Positions 20,401 to 30,481 of a stretch of DNA of 62,215 bases are shown piece after piece. The notes beneath the pieces were generated by a model that was not told the DNA's origin, searched no databases, and saw only the letters and a program-made list of their open reading frames with translations. Made by a program: the position numbers and the translations under genes. Each line of letters starts with the position of its first letter. Position 1 is the first letter of the stretch. Source of the stretch: a virus (lineage: Duplodnaviria > Caudoviricetes); the IMG/VR virus record IMGVR_UViG_3300020051_001561, positions 1-62,215 of that record. The stretch is one strand, 5' to 3'.

Positions 20401-21031
20401 TACTTGTTGGAGTTGCCGTTGTAGACGCAGTCGGTGTTACTGTTGATTGTGGTGTACCTGTTGGCGTACTTGTTGAAGTGGCTTGAGGTGTTGATGTTGG
20501 TGATGCTGTAACTGTTGCCGTTGGAGTTACTGTAGATTGAGGAGTTCCCGTTGGTGTACTTGTGTGTGTTGGTTCTGGAGTTGAAGTAACAGTTGCCGTG
20601 ATAGTTGCTGTTGGTGTTGACGTGGCTTGTGGTGTACTTGTTGGTGTTCTTGTTGGAGAAACCGTCTGAGTAATTGTTGCGGTCATCGTAGGTGTTACCG
20701 TAGATGTTATCGTTGCAGTGATAGATGGAGTCACCGAAGGTGTTACTGATGGAGTAACTGATGCCGTCACAGAAGGAGTTAACGTAACCGTAGGTGTAAC
20801 TGTTTGTGTTTGTGTCGGAGTAGGTGTTGGGTGACCAATCACATAAGTGTAAGACGCTTCGTATGTTTCAGAATAGATTGTATAAGTTCCGTAAAAGTAG
20901 TCAGTAACTAAATCCGCAGGCATAGTAACAACACCAAAGTCCGTTACAGTAGAACCTGTGTCTGCAGTAAAAGTAATGTGAACACTTTCACCTACTAAAT
21001 TGTCACTCAAAAATCTAATTCCGTTTGCCAT
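17489..21031 (-). CDS. Mucin-like Thr/Pro/Ser-rich fibre protein with Cys-rich C-terminal domains
   Basis: About 760 aa of TPT/TVTP/STP repeats between a short N-domain and Cys-rich/Ig-like C-domains; TATTTATA 4 nt before the ATG. Confidence 0.75.
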   Translation of the reverse strand: MANGIRFLSDNLVGESVHITFTADTGSTVTDFGVVTMPADLVTDYFYGTYTIYSETYEASYTYVIGHPTPTPTQTQTVTPTVTLTPSVTASVTPSVTPSVTPSITATITSTVTPTMTATITQTVSPTRTPTSTPQATSTPTATITATVTSTPEPTHTSTPTGTPQSTVTPTATVTASPTSTPQATSTSTPTGTPQSTVTPTASTTATPTSTPQSTSTSTPTQTPTSTPQTTSTPTPTGTPASTPTSTTTSTPTPSVSVSDTPGVSNTPTPTISTTPDVTPTNTPSSSVTPSNTATATPTNTPTQTPGGTVTPTPSVTASVSVTPDPTSTSTPTGTPGGTATPTPTSSVTPSSTPEPTHTSTPTGTPGGTATPTPTGTAQPTSTPESTPTNTPTQSVTATPSPTVTPTVSVSNTPGSSATPTPTISFTPTITSSVTPSSTPAGTSTPTPTSSVTPSSTPASTSTSTPTQTPGGTSTPTPTSTVTTTVTPTQTPQSTTTPTPTATPQSTTTATPTTTKTPTPTKTPTPSVTASVTFTPTPSVTASVSQTPGVSTTPTPTVSFTPTTTSTVTPTISVTPSVTPTITASNTPTQTPTQSVTPSTTPQATLTPTATITSTVTSSVTPTVTPTKTPTNTPTPSVTSSVTPTVTPTVTSTSTVTPTVSLSRTPTNTPTQSPTPTNTVTPSNTPTSTVTPTSSVTPSPTYTPTNTPTSSPTPTASVTPTSSVTPTPTETPTNTPTQTASVTPTSTPQPTSTPAPTSTPEPTGTPAPTSTPAPTASSTVTPTAQATQTPAPTQTVTPSNTPQATQTPQPTITPSISVTPSVTPSVTPSTVYYSMYFSACCDSYVYKIGLNGPEYTSIMNSLEEGNPSLYLENQTGYIDGCVGFIGPSYTGGEFRDLGNKDGDWLADGGQPWSANDPLFPRCSSCVQTYPCVEYKFLIQEITYFDGNCQPGATQAIADLAPGLPAVPSVGDYVSLSSKGGDVAPCWQIIGFDESPEPPTYSIDVFGTTCSFCALPTPTPSPTPTRTPTVTPTISLTASPTPTRTPTRTPTKTPTVTPSTSVSPKTISINYTSATCARGSAAIYVNGVLQSSYTATGSGNDSTDSIQAFPGDTILYYVESQGVLGSGCQIYAETQGAGSVLGQEVSSISANSGLTPASDSESFTLGNNNISIGYDFVPQAL
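18540..20833 (-). repeat. Degenerate T/P/S coding repeat tract
   Basis: Plus strand dominated by GGTGT/GGAGT/TGTT; protein repeats with varied synonymous codons. Confidence 0.9.
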
Positions 21032-21079
21032 TACATATAAATACTTTACAATATTAATTTGTTAGTTAAAAAAATAAAC

Positions 21080-21532
21080 TTACCAAGAAGTTTCTATATT
21101 AATTCTTCTCCAAGAATTTTGTGATATACACACATACATGTATGAATCATCAAAAACTACATCTCCCTTATTACCTTCAGAAGTTGAGGATGTTGGTACT
21201 GAGGCGTTTTTTATCTCCATACTGTCATCAACATTAGTTTCACTAATTGTTTTGTTACCAATATGTATTGTGTTACTTCCTAAATATAAATCTCTAAATT
21301 TATATTCTGCACTACCCAAATCGTATGTATCATTTGTTGTTGGAATTATATGTCCTGTTAAATTAAATTGTGACCCATCAGCTTGTAATGATGTTGAACC
21401 TGAGAAAATTTTTGTTAATAATTCTGCGTATGTTATTTTTTTGGCGTTATTACCATCATGAATAATAATTAAATCAGTACTTTGTGGTGTACCTGTAAAT
21501 GATGTTAATTGTTCTATCGTTAAATTAGCCAT
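21080..21532 (-). CDS. Short tail-fibre-type protein
   Basis: Fibre modules: TIEQL...DLIIIHD...KKIT; GHIIPTTNDTYDLGSAEYKFRDLYL; GNKGDVVFDDSYMYVC...WRR. Confidence 0.7.
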   Translation of the reverse strand: MANLTIEQLTSFTGTPQSTDLIIIHDGNNAKKITYAELLTKIFSGSTSLQADGSQFNLTGHIIPTTNDTYDLGSAEYKFRDLYLGSNTIHIGNKTISETNVDDSMEIKNASVPTSSTSEGNKGDVVFDDSYMYVCISQNSWRRINIETSW

Positions 21533-21571
21533 TTCTTTTTTATTTTATAAATAGTTTATCTTATGAGAATA

Positions 21572-24500
21572 TTATGGGTAAGGGTTGGTAGCATTAAAGT
21601 TGTTTAATACTTGTAATGATGTTAATGCGGTATTGTATAATCTAATAATACCGTATTCACCTCTAAAGTCTCCAGTGTTATCAGCACCAGGATTCTGTTG
21701 ACCGAAGAAGATATTATTATCAACACCACTTGATAAGTATGAAACACCATTCTGACTATCATTCAATACACCATCGATGTATAGACTTTGTGTTGCGTTT
21801 GCAAAATCCCAAACCAATACCACTTGATACCACTGACCTTGGTTGAATGGTGTCGTTGAGTATAAGTAATTATTCGCCCAAATCTTACCTCTAAATCTGC
21901 CAGTTTCAGCAGCTATCGGTGGCATGTTCCAATTATTTTGTGGGTTAGTCTCTGACATTGACATGATGTTACCATCTACATCATCAGGTTTAATCCATAA
22001 CTCATATGTAAATGATTGGGTGGCATTACCAGTACCTGCAACATTACTTAATAAAATGTAATCATCGATACCGTCTGTAACTATAGACTTATCCGTAGAG
22101 TTATATGTCGGTCCATTAACTAAAGTACCATTATAGTTACCCTGTAAATCCGTCCACAGAGTACCTGTTCCTGGATATGAACTTGTATTTCTCGCATCTA
22201 AATTAACTAATAAATTAGATGTAATAATATTATTCGGTGTTGATGAAGGAGTCACAGTTGGTTGTGGTGTTTCAGTTACTGTTGGAGTTGGTGTCACATC
22301 CGCAGTTGATGATGGCGTTACTGAAACTGTAATAGATGGTGTTGGTGTTACCGGTGATGATGATGATGGTGTAACTGTCGGTGTTACAGTCGCAGTTGAG
22401 GTTGGTGTTGGTGAGGGAACTGGCCCTGTAGACATCACTATAAAGTCATTGTCATCAGTAATAATATAGTTACCTAAATCATCAACCAATACATTTTGTT
22501 GTACAGGCGTATTAGATGGTGTTATCGATGGAGTAACACTACTCGTCGGTGTGTATGTTGGAGTTGTTGTTGGTGTAGGAGTATTAGACGCGGTGACTGT
22601 AGGTGTTGGTGTTACATATGGTAACGGTGATAATGAATATCTTTCGTAATAAGTGTTATAGAATGTTGTGATTTCTGAATCTGTTAATGCTCTATCATAA
22701 ATGGCCACGATACCCATATTACCATCAAAGAATTGGTCAGCAGTCCAGTTACTATCTGCAATTAAGTTGTTTGTTCTCGTTAAGTTATTTGGTAATACAC
22801 TTGTTGAACCTGATACCGATGTTGTTTGATTAAACACTTTGAATGTTGAACCATCGAGACGACCACCATAGAATCCCCAACCATTATTTGTTATACCATT
22901 AGTTATGTTTTCTGCTAATACTTGAGTGGCCCCATGACGAAGTTCAAACCACAAGTTATTAGTTGACGATTCTCTACCTAAAAGAATATTATCACTTGCA
23001 CTACCATTACCAAAATCAATAATTCTTTCCCAAGTAGACACTCCGTTGAAATTAATGAAGGTTAATATTGTAATACCATTACTAAAGTTATCAAATCCTG
23101 AAGGAGCAGTACCATATTGTGATGTACCATTAAATGTTACAATACCACCGTTGGATGATGATACCGTTGGAGAGTTATATAAGGTAACATCATTTCCAGA
23201 ACCACTGGTATCTGTCCATGTAGTCGATGTTGCATTTGCACCATCAAGTAATAATATTGGTGAACCTACAACCGATGTAGGTGACGGTGTTGGTGTCAAT
23301 GTAGGTGTTGGAGTGGCTGAATTAGCAAATGGTGTTGCCGTGAAGTCCATTGTCGGAGCTGGTGTATCAGTCGGAGTAATTGACTGAGTAACCGTAGGTG
23401 TTACAGTTGATTCAGGTGTAACTGAAGGTGTAACTGATTGAGTCAATGTTGGAGTTACAGTGGCAGTTTTAGTAACCGTAGGTGTGTTAGTTGGAGTATT
23501 AGACGGTGTTAATGTCTGAGTAACAGAAGGACTCACCGTTTGTGTTGGCGTGTTTGTATTTGTCACAGTTGGAGTAACAGTAGAAGTAACTGAAGGTGTA
23601 ACTGTGTTAGTTGGTGTATTAGATGGTGTTAATGTTTGAGTAACAGAAGGACTCACCGTTTGTGTCGGTGTGTTCGTAGGAGTAACTGTTGGAGTACTCG
23701 TAGATGAAGATGTTGGTGTTATAGTATTTGTTGGAGTAATAGTTGCTGTAACTGTCGGAGTCACTGTACTTGTCGGAGTAGAAGTAGGACTTGATGGTGG
23801 AGTTACTGATACTGAAATACTTGGTGTGTTTGTTGGTGTATAGGTAGGAGTTACCGTTGATGTTACAGTTGGAGTTACTGATGCAGTCACTGATGGTGTC
23901 AATGTTGGTGTAGTTGACGGAGATACAGTCTGAGTTGGCGTGTTTGTATTTGTCACTGTAGGAGTAACGGTAGAGGTAACCGAAGGAGTTACAGTTTGAG
24001 TTGGAGTATTAGTTGGTGTCAATGTTGGTGTTACCGAAGCAGTAACAGATGCGGTCGGAGTATTTGTATTCGTAACCGTTGGTGTAACTGTAGATGTTAC
24101 CGATGGTGTTACCGTACTTGTTGGTGTATTAGTAGGGGTTACGGAAGAAGTAACAGTTGCTGTTACCGTTTGTGTCGGTGTGTTTGTTGCGGTTACCGTT
24201 GGCGTTACAGACGCAGTAACCGAAGGAGTTACAGTCTGAGTCGGAGTATTGGTTTGTGTAATAGTTGGAGTAATAGAAGCAGTCACAGTTTGTGTCGGAG
24301 TATTGGTTGCGGTTACCGTTGGTGTTACAGATGCAGTAACCGAAGGAGTTACAGTCTGAGTTGGCGTATTAGTTGGTGTTACTGTCGGAGTTACAGAAGC
24401 CGTCACAGTTTGTGTCGGTGTATTAGTTGCCGTCACAGTTGGAGTTACCGATGCGGTTACCGAAGGAGTCGGAGTTTGTGTATTTGATGGTGTTACGGTT

Positions 24501-26188
24501 TGTGTCTGAGTATTAGATGGAGTAACAGTCTGAGTTGGAGTATTTGTTGGAGTGACACTTGGTGTTGGTGTATTTGTGGCAGTATATGTTGGAGTTGCCG
24601 TACCTGTCGGAGTTTTCGTCAATGTAATTGTTGGTTGTGGTGTATTAGATGGGGTTATGGTAGGAGTGGCAAATGGTGTTGCGGTAATGTCACTTGTTGG
24701 GGCCGGCGTATCTGATGGTGTTGCAAATGGTGTTGCCGTCACATCGTTAGTTGGTGCTGGTGTATTTGAAACTGATGGAGTCACAGTACCAATAGGAGTT
24801 GCAGTAATATCAACAGTAGGTGCCGGTGTGTCAGTCGGTTGAGGCGTATTAGTAGGAGTAACCGTTGGAGTGGCAAATGGAGTTGCCGTAATGTCACTTG
24901 TTGGAGCTGGTGTGTCTGACGGAGTCGCAAATGGAGTTGCCGTAATATCTACAGTCGGTGATGGAGTATCTGTTTGTGTTAATGTCGGAGTGAATGTTGG
25001 GGTTGGCGTTGGAGATGCACCCGCAGTCAAACTTGGAGTTATAGTTGGTTGAGGGGTATTTGTGGCAGTTGGTGTAACTTCACTTGTTGGTGTAGGTGTT
25101 TGAGTTGAAGTAATACTTGGGGTAACACTTGGTGTTGAAGTGTTTGTAGGTGTTGATGTTGGTGACAACAATGGAGTACCTGAAGGACTTGCCGTTGGTG
25201 TAACCGTTGAAGTTACAGTTGGCGTTGCCGTTGACGTTGGAGTCTTAGTTGGTGTACTCGTAGATGTTAATGTAGGTTGTGGTGTTGATGTTGGAGATTC
25301 ACTTGGTGTTATAGTTGGAGTTACAGTATTCGATGGAGTAACCGTTGGGGTTACAGATGAACTAACTGAAGGTGTAACTGATGGAGTTACACTCATAGTT
25401 GGTGTTGGACTAGATGTCGGAGTTACAGAAATAGATGGTGTAACCGTAGGTGTCGGAGTTGGACTCGATGTTGGAGTTGGTGTTAATGTTGTATCAAACA
25501 CAAACTTAGGTTCAACAACATATCTAAAGTCTTTAGAAACGGTATTAGTATCAACTTTAATGTTTCTATAGTAAACCTCGCCTGTAACTAAGTCATATCT
25601 TCTATTAACTTCAAGTAATCTTTGACCTGTTTTCTCACCCTTAGGGATTGTAATCAATACCTTATTTTCAATATTGTTACCATCAGACATCTCAATCACA
25701 TTATCAAACGTGATTTCAACATCGGCATCAACAGGTAATTCCGCAGTTGCAGTGTATAATGAGATAACTGAACCACTCGTATAATCGGCAGTCAACGAAA
25801 TAAAGTTAGTTCTCTTATTTCTACGACAACACATGTCAACATCTGCAAATGAATCCGCAATACTAATAAAGAGGTTACTTTCTAAAGGAACCTTAGAAGT
25901 ACCTTGACTATTCTTTATTGTAAAGAATCCATGAAATCTACCCTGTTTTTTTGTATTTCTTTTTGAGAATTGGTACGAAAGTATATAACCTGAACCGTCT
26001 TCTTTTAACTTAATAGATGCGGGTAGGTTGGCTATTTTATACATTCCCGTCTCAACATCATACATCGAGAAAGTTACCGTAGATGCAGAAATAAGTGGGT
26101 CGAGTTGGTTGTAACCGTTCCTCGACTCATTAATAACCTCTACTTGTAGTTTAGGTAATGTACTATTTTTCTTTATAAAAAACTCCAC
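21572..26188 (-). CDS. Giant fibre/adhesin: BppU-N-like domain, mucin-like stalk, two LamG/ConA-like domains
   Basis: GTG start; T/P tract; LLLDGAN...WTDTSGSGND...FNGTSQY...IYDRALT and SYPGTGTLWTDL...LYIDG...LYNTALT LamG signatures. Confidence 0.8.
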   Translation of the reverse strand: MEFFIKKNSTLPKLQVEVINESRNGYNQLDPLISASTVTFSMYDVETGMYKIANLPASIKLKEDGSGYILSYQFSKRNTKKQGRFHGFFTIKNSQGTSKVPLESNLFISIADSFADVDMCCRRNKRTNFISLTADYTSGSVISLYTATAELPVDADVEITFDNVIEMSDGNNIENKVLITIPKGEKTGQRLLEVNRRYDLVTGEVYYRNIKVDTNTVSKDFRYVVEPKFVFDTTLTPTPTSSPTPTPTVTPSISVTPTSSPTPTMSVTPSVTPSVSSSVTPTVTPSNTVTPTITPSESPTSTPQPTLTSTSTPTKTPTSTATPTVTSTVTPTASPSGTPLLSPTSTPTNTSTPSVTPSITSTQTPTPTSEVTPTATNTPQPTITPSLTAGASPTPTPTFTPTLTQTDTPSPTVDITATPFATPSDTPAPTSDITATPFATPTVTPTNTPQPTDTPAPTVDITATPIGTVTPSVSNTPAPTNDVTATPFATPSDTPAPTSDITATPFATPTITPSNTPQPTITLTKTPTGTATPTYTATNTPTPSVTPTNTPTQTVTPSNTQTQTVTPSNTQTPTPSVTASVTPTVTATNTPTQTVTASVTPTVTPTNTPTQTVTPSVTASVTPTVTATNTPTQTVTASITPTITQTNTPTQTVTPSVTASVTPTVTATNTPTQTVTATVTSSVTPTNTPTSTVTPSVTSTVTPTVTNTNTPTASVTASVTPTLTPTNTPTQTVTPSVTSTVTPTVTNTNTPTQTVSPSTTPTLTPSVTASVTPTVTSTVTPTYTPTNTPSISVSVTPPSSPTSTPTSTVTPTVTATITPTNTITPTSSSTSTPTVTPTNTPTQTVSPSVTQTLTPSNTPTNTVTPSVTSTVTPTVTNTNTPTQTVSPSVTQTLTPSNTPTNTPTVTKTATVTPTLTQSVTPSVTPESTVTPTVTQSITPTDTPAPTMDFTATPFANSATPTPTLTPTPSPTSVVGSPILLLDGANATSTTWTDTSGSGNDVTLYNSPTVSSSNGGIVTFNGTSQYGTAPSGFDNFSNGITILTFINFNGVSTWERIIDFGNGSASDNILLGRESSTNNLWFELRHGATQVLAENITNGITNNGWGFYGGRLDGSTFKVFNQTTSVSGSTSVLPNNLTRTNNLIADSNWTADQFFDGNMGIVAIYDRALTDSEITTFYNTYYERYSLSPLPYVTPTPTVTASNTPTPTTTPTYTPTSSVTPSITPSNTPVQQNVLVDDLGNYIITDDNDFIVMSTGPVPSPTPTSTATVTPTVTPSSSSPVTPTPSITVSVTPSSTADVTPTPTVTETPQPTVTPSSTPNNIITSNLLVNLDARNTSSYPGTGTLWTDLQGNYNGTLVNGPTYNSTDKSIVTDGIDDYILLSNVAGTGNATQSFTYELWIKPDDVDGNIMSMSETNPQNNWNMPPIAAETGRFRGKIWANNYLYSTTPFNQGQWYQVVLVWDFANATQSLYIDGVLNDSQNGVSYLSSGVDNNIFFGQQNPGADNTGDFRGEYGIIRLYNTALTSLQVLNNFNATNPYP
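23275..25490 (-). repeat. Degenerate T/P/S coding repeat tract including DTPAPTxDITATPFATP units
   Basis: Translation shows TPTVT/NTPTQ repeats and about five 17-aa units near 24660-24975. Confidence 0.9.
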
Positions 26189-26207
26189 AGTCTATAAATA
26201 CCAACTT

Positions 26208-29200
26208 TTATATTGTTATTGCCCATTTATTGGATAGATATGTTTCGACTGAGTTAAGTTCAGATGGAGGTAACGCCCTACTATAAACTAATACATCAAA
26301 AATAAATCCATTATAGAAATATTGTTCATTTCCTGATACTTGTGTAGTGTAAGACACACCCATAAATGCATATGTGGTAAGTGGACTGGTCTGAGTATCC
26401 ACAGGAGAAGTAAACGCTAAACCTTGTTCAACACCATCTATTCTAAATTTCAATCTTTCGGCATCATTGGAACCCGTACCACTATACACTACCGATAGTA
26501 TGTGTGGGTTTTCATCAACAGGTTGTCCACCTGACAACGCAAAACCACCGGCTTCTGCAATGTTATAGGTACCACCACTTTGTCTTATAAACAGAGAATT
26601 TAGACCTGTATTACCATCTTCACCACCCTGAATGTATTGTGAGTCCGCAGTTGGGTTTAATGACCTAACTACAATAACTAATGTTTGACCTGAAATACCT
26701 TGTAGGTCAGTAAGTGGATTAACACTTAAACCATCTGTTGTTCCATTAAAGTATACCCCACCTAAACCATTCTGAACATTTGACCACCATTCAGGTGCAG
26801 GTCCACTACCACCACCTATTGGATTGGCATTGTGTGCACTTGCAGATGAATCTTCCCATTGATTAAATGTATCCCCACTTGTTGGTGTTGGTGTGAAGTA
26901 AGTATCCAAATCACCTTGATAGTAAATCTCAAGTGTCGGGTCACTAGGAATGACCGCTTGTGTTGGTGACGGTGTTAAGGTTTGTGTGATTGTTGGTGTT
27001 ATAGTATTTGTAGGTGTGAATGATGGTGTTGGTGTTGGAGTAACGCTCGCAGTTATTGATGGTGTTGGAGTTGGAGGTGTAGGAGAACCACACTCAGAAC
27101 ATTCCACAAATGGACCTTCAGTCATTGTTAAATTTATATCACCTGTTGCCTCACCTATGACAAGATAACAATTACCACCATCATCCTTAATATAGTTACT
27201 AGAAACGGCACCGAGTGTATTCAATGCGTAGTAAATTGTACCAGCATCTATACTACATGTACTTAGATTCGTAACTTGTCTTAATTGGAATACAGAAGGG
27301 GCAACTTCTGATGGTGTCACTGTAGGTGTAACTGTTGGCGTTACGGATGAGGTAACTGATGGAGTTAAACTAATCGTTGGTGATGGTGTGACAGAAGAGG
27401 TAGGTGTGACAGTCAATGTTGGAGTGTTTGTTGAAGTAGCAACAGGTGTCCCTGTTGGTGTTGAACTAACAGTGGCAGTTGGGGTAACTGTAGAAGTTAC
27501 CGTTGGAGTATTAGTTGGTGTCGGAACAGGAGTTCTTGTTGGTGTTAAACTAATTGTTGGTGATGGAGTAACTGATGGGGTTACTGATGACGATGGGGTT
27601 ACAGTATTAGTTGGTTCAGGAGAACCTGTAGGGGTGTTAGATGGAGTGGCAGTAACTGTAGATTGTGGAGTACTTGTAGGTGTTGGTGTAGGTGATTCTG
27701 TTGATGTTATTGTTGGAGTCACAGTACTGGTTTGTGTATTTGTTGGTGTAACATCAGGAGTTGAAGATATTGTAGGAGTTGGTGTGGCACTTGACGGTGG
27801 AGTTGGAGTAACCGATGCAGTAACCGTATTCGTCATTGTAATTGTGGCAGTGATTGTTGGGGTAACTGTAGAAGTTACCGTTGGTGTGACTGTTGACTCA
27901 GGAGTCTGAGTCGGTGTTAATGTATTTGATGGAGTAACCGTCGCAGTATTGGTCTGTGTTATGGTAGGAGTAATTGAAGGTGTTGGAGTTGGTGTACTGG
28001 TTAGTGTCTGAGTAACTGTTTGTGTTGGTGTACTGGTCACTGTTTGAGTAGGTGTTTGAGACGGTGTAAGTGTCTGTGTAATCGTGGAGGTCATTGTTGG
28101 TGTTGGAGTCACTGATGATGTTACCGTTTGAGTAGGGGTATTGGTAGTTGTTACAGTTGGTGTAATAGATGTTGTCACCGAAGGAGTAACAGTTTGTGTC
28201 GGAGTAGTAGTTTGAGTTGGTAACGGTGTAGATGTAGGAGTTACCGATATTGTTGGAGTTGGTGATGGAGTAATAGACAACGCATTGAAGTCAGTATCAC
28301 AATCTGATGCCACTATATTAAAGTCTGACCTACATTCCACACTTGATAAATCAATACCAAATCCACAATCAACACCAACAGTCGTGAATCCAAATCCACA
28401 TGTTGATTCAACAACTGTAAATCCAAAGTCACAAGCAATGTCATTGGCAATAAAGTCAAACTCACAACTTTCAATATCGATACCAAAGTCGAAGTAACAT
28501 TGTGAAAGTATCTCCAAACAGTTTGGACACCAGAAGTCAAATAAATTATAAGTGTCTCTTTCAATTCTAAAGTTGTGTTGAACCTGTGGTGAACTTAATG
28601 GTTCAGTGTAAAATCTCATCTTTGAGATACCTCCCATAAATGTACCACCAAAGTTTGGCTCCATTTCAATATTTGTCTGTAACTCATTTAATGAAGTTGC
28701 AGATAAACTCTCATTTGGCATACACTCTGGGTCTTGAATATAAGGACCTTCAAACGCTGTACAACCACTTGGTATTAAAGACTCTCTTAAACCTTGTGTA
28801 CCTCCACCCCATGATATTGTATAAGGAACACCAATCTGTTTTTCCTTTTCAGTATTAAGTTCGTGAGGGATAATTTCCTCAAAATCTTCAATAATCATAA
28901 AGAGGTAACCATTCACATATAGTTTCAAAAGACCTCGTCTATCATCAACTTGATTCAACCATTTCTGAGTCCACTGTATTTCCGTTATCTTTTCATCATT
29001 AAGACCACCCGGCTGAATAAGGTTCGTGGAGACATCGTAAGTTGATGCGGTGTAGGTTTCTTTCCTAATATCACCTAATCCACCAACATTCAATAAATCA
29101 CAATCTTCTAAGTACCTATACCTTTCAAACACCGCCGAAATCATCAACCATCTTTCCTTTGTTCTTTCAGATTCGGCAATTGGATATCCACATGTGTCGT

Positions 29201-30428
29201 AGATACCTGCAGTTGAACATATTTCAGTGAAACAATACCCTGATGTATATGTTAAACCTGTGGTCTCACATGAACCCGTTGTAATACAGTCACCAGTATA
29301 TTTTACATATTTTACACATAGATGTGGGTTTTTAGGGTCACCGTCCAATCTAAGTGACATACCGTTTGATAAAATATCAAAACGAGGGTCTTGAGTTTCA
29401 CCTGTCCATTTTACATCACAACCTCTACACTCCAAACCGTTGTTTCGTGTTACGGTGGTTGCCGTTGTTGGATATATCTTCATACAATTAGAAGATGTAA
29501 CCCCCGTATCGGCACATGCACAAGTTTTGAAACAGTTAACCAAATCTTCAGTTACTCTTTTATATTTCTCAACTGTGGCACCACTGATGGTAACACCAAA
29601 GTCACAACCGAAGTCATTGTAAGTCTCAACATCTCCACTGGCAGGATGATAAAATTTGTTTTCAGCCCTTGTACCAAAGAAGAAGAACGTACCGGCATTA
29701 CCTGAATAAACATCGTTCAAATATTCTTGGTGGTCCATCAAAGTATACTCATCAACCTGACGTGGTTTGATAAGTGTTTCCATTGTCCAACCTTTATTAA
29801 CTCTCTCAGGGAAAACCTCATAATCATACCCATGAAGTTTGTAAAATCCTTGCATAAAACCACCATATAATTCTTGGTAATAACCCACAGAACTATCAGT
29901 TTTATTTACTATGTTGTATACCGTTTCTTTTGTATTACCTGAGAATCTATGGTTAGGTTGATTTGTAAATGAACCTACAGGGTGTAGTTTCATCCTTCTA
30001 TCATGGTATAATGGGTCGTGAGTTTTACTCGGAAAAAGACCCATTGAATAGTATAGAGTGTCGCCCGTAATCTTATTAAAAAGACCCACATCAATCATTG
30101 TAAGTCCCGCATCACAAAGTCCTGTGAATCCTGTATAACAAGATAAATCTTCATTATTTGGGTTATAGTAATTCGTTGAAGTTAACGTATTTCCTGTGTT
30201 TGAGGCATCCCAGTAAAGGTTTGGTTGAGTTGTGGTACCCGTATTGGTTAGGTCAAAATTAATAGGAAGACGGTTACCATCATTTAAGGCAATAACATCG
30301 GTTGAGAAGATTACCTCCTCATCATAATCACGTTCATCGGATGCTAAAGTGAGGTCAAAATACTCACTCGTATCCATTCTTACCTTGAACCTTTTGAAAT
30401 TATAATTATTGATGCTCTGACCTGCCAT
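26208..30428 (-). CDS. Giant structural protein: Cys-rich LamG-like N-region, 11-aa Cys repeats, mucin-like stalk, C-terminal LamG-like domain
   Basis: LKLYVNG...FMGGISKMRFYTEPL; periodic C-x-F-x-F repeats; T/P tract; QWEDSS...GVYFNG...VLVYSRAL. Confidence 0.75.
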   Translation of the reverse strand: MAGQSINNYNFKRFKVRMDTSEYFDLTLASDERDYDEEVIFSTDVIALNDGNRLPINFDLTNTGTTTQPNLYWDASNTGNTLTSTNYYNPNNEDLSCYTGFTGLCDAGLTMIDVGLFNKITGDTLYYSMGLFPSKTHDPLYHDRRMKLHPVGSFTNQPNHRFSGNTKETVYNIVNKTDSSVGYYQELYGGFMQGFYKLHGYDYEVFPERVNKGWTMETLIKPRQVDEYTLMDHQEYLNDVYSGNAGTFFFFGTRAENKFYHPASGDVETYNDFGCDFGVTISGATVEKYKRVTEDLVNCFKTCACADTGVTSSNCMKIYPTTATTVTRNNGLECRGCDVKWTGETQDPRFDILSNGMSLRLDGDPKNPHLCVKYVKYTGDCITTGSCETTGLTYTSGYCFTEICSTAGIYDTCGYPIAESERTKERWLMISAVFERYRYLEDCDLLNVGGLGDIRKETYTASTYDVSTNLIQPGGLNDEKITEIQWTQKWLNQVDDRRGLLKLYVNGYLFMIIEDFEEIIPHELNTEKEKQIGVPYTISWGGGTQGLRESLIPSGCTAFEGPYIQDPECMPNESLSATSLNELQTNIEMEPNFGGTFMGGISKMRFYTEPLSSPQVQHNFRIERDTYNLFDFWCPNCLEILSQCYFDFGIDIESCEFDFIANDIACDFGFTVVESTCGFGFTTVGVDCGFGIDLSSVECRSDFNIVASDCDTDFNALSITPSPTPTISVTPTSTPLPTQTTTPTQTVTPSVTTSITPTVTTTNTPTQTVTSSVTPTPTMTSTITQTLTPSQTPTQTVTSTPTQTVTQTLTSTPTPTPSITPTITQTNTATVTPSNTLTPTQTPESTVTPTVTSTVTPTITATITMTNTVTASVTPTPPSSATPTPTISSTPDVTPTNTQTSTVTPTITSTESPTPTPTSTPQSTVTATPSNTPTGSPEPTNTVTPSSSVTPSVTPSPTISLTPTRTPVPTPTNTPTVTSTVTPTATVSSTPTGTPVATSTNTPTLTVTPTSSVTPSPTISLTPSVTSSVTPTVTPTVTPSEVAPSVFQLRQVTNLSTCSIDAGTIYYALNTLGAVSSNYIKDDGGNCYLVIGEATGDINLTMTEGPFVECSECGSPTPPTPTPSITASVTPTPTPSFTPTNTITPTITQTLTPSPTQAVIPSDPTLEIYYQGDLDTYFTPTPTSGDTFNQWEDSSASAHNANPIGGGSGPAPEWWSNVQNGLGGVYFNGTTDGLSVNPLTDLQGISGQTLVIVVRSLNPTADSQYIQGGEDGNTGLNSLFIRQSGGTYNIAEAGGFALSGGQPVDENPHILSVVYSGTGSNDAERLKFRIDGVEQGLAFTSPVDTQTSPLTTYAFMGVSYTTQVSGNEQYFYNGFIFDVLVYSRALPPSELNSVETYLSNKWAITI

Positions 30429-30440
30429 TCCCTTTTTTAA

Positions 30441-30468
30441 GATAAATACTTTCTTTGTGGTATTTATA
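30441..30468. promoter_or_regulatory. Divergent pair of putative late promoters
   Basis: TATTTATC on minus (30441-30448) and TATTTATA on plus (30461-30468), 12 and 13 nt from their start codons. Confidence 0.7.
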
Positions 30469-30481
30469 GTTAAAAAGTAAT

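Noticed and set aside
19026-27909. Many Val/Gly-rich plus-strand ORFs
   Set aside because: Antisense shadows of the Thr/Pro tracts (ACN/CCN codons read backwards); no start context
18540-28275. Possible CRISPR array or non-coding tandem repeat
   Set aside because: Repeats are degenerate, in frame and coding; no constant repeat with unique spacers
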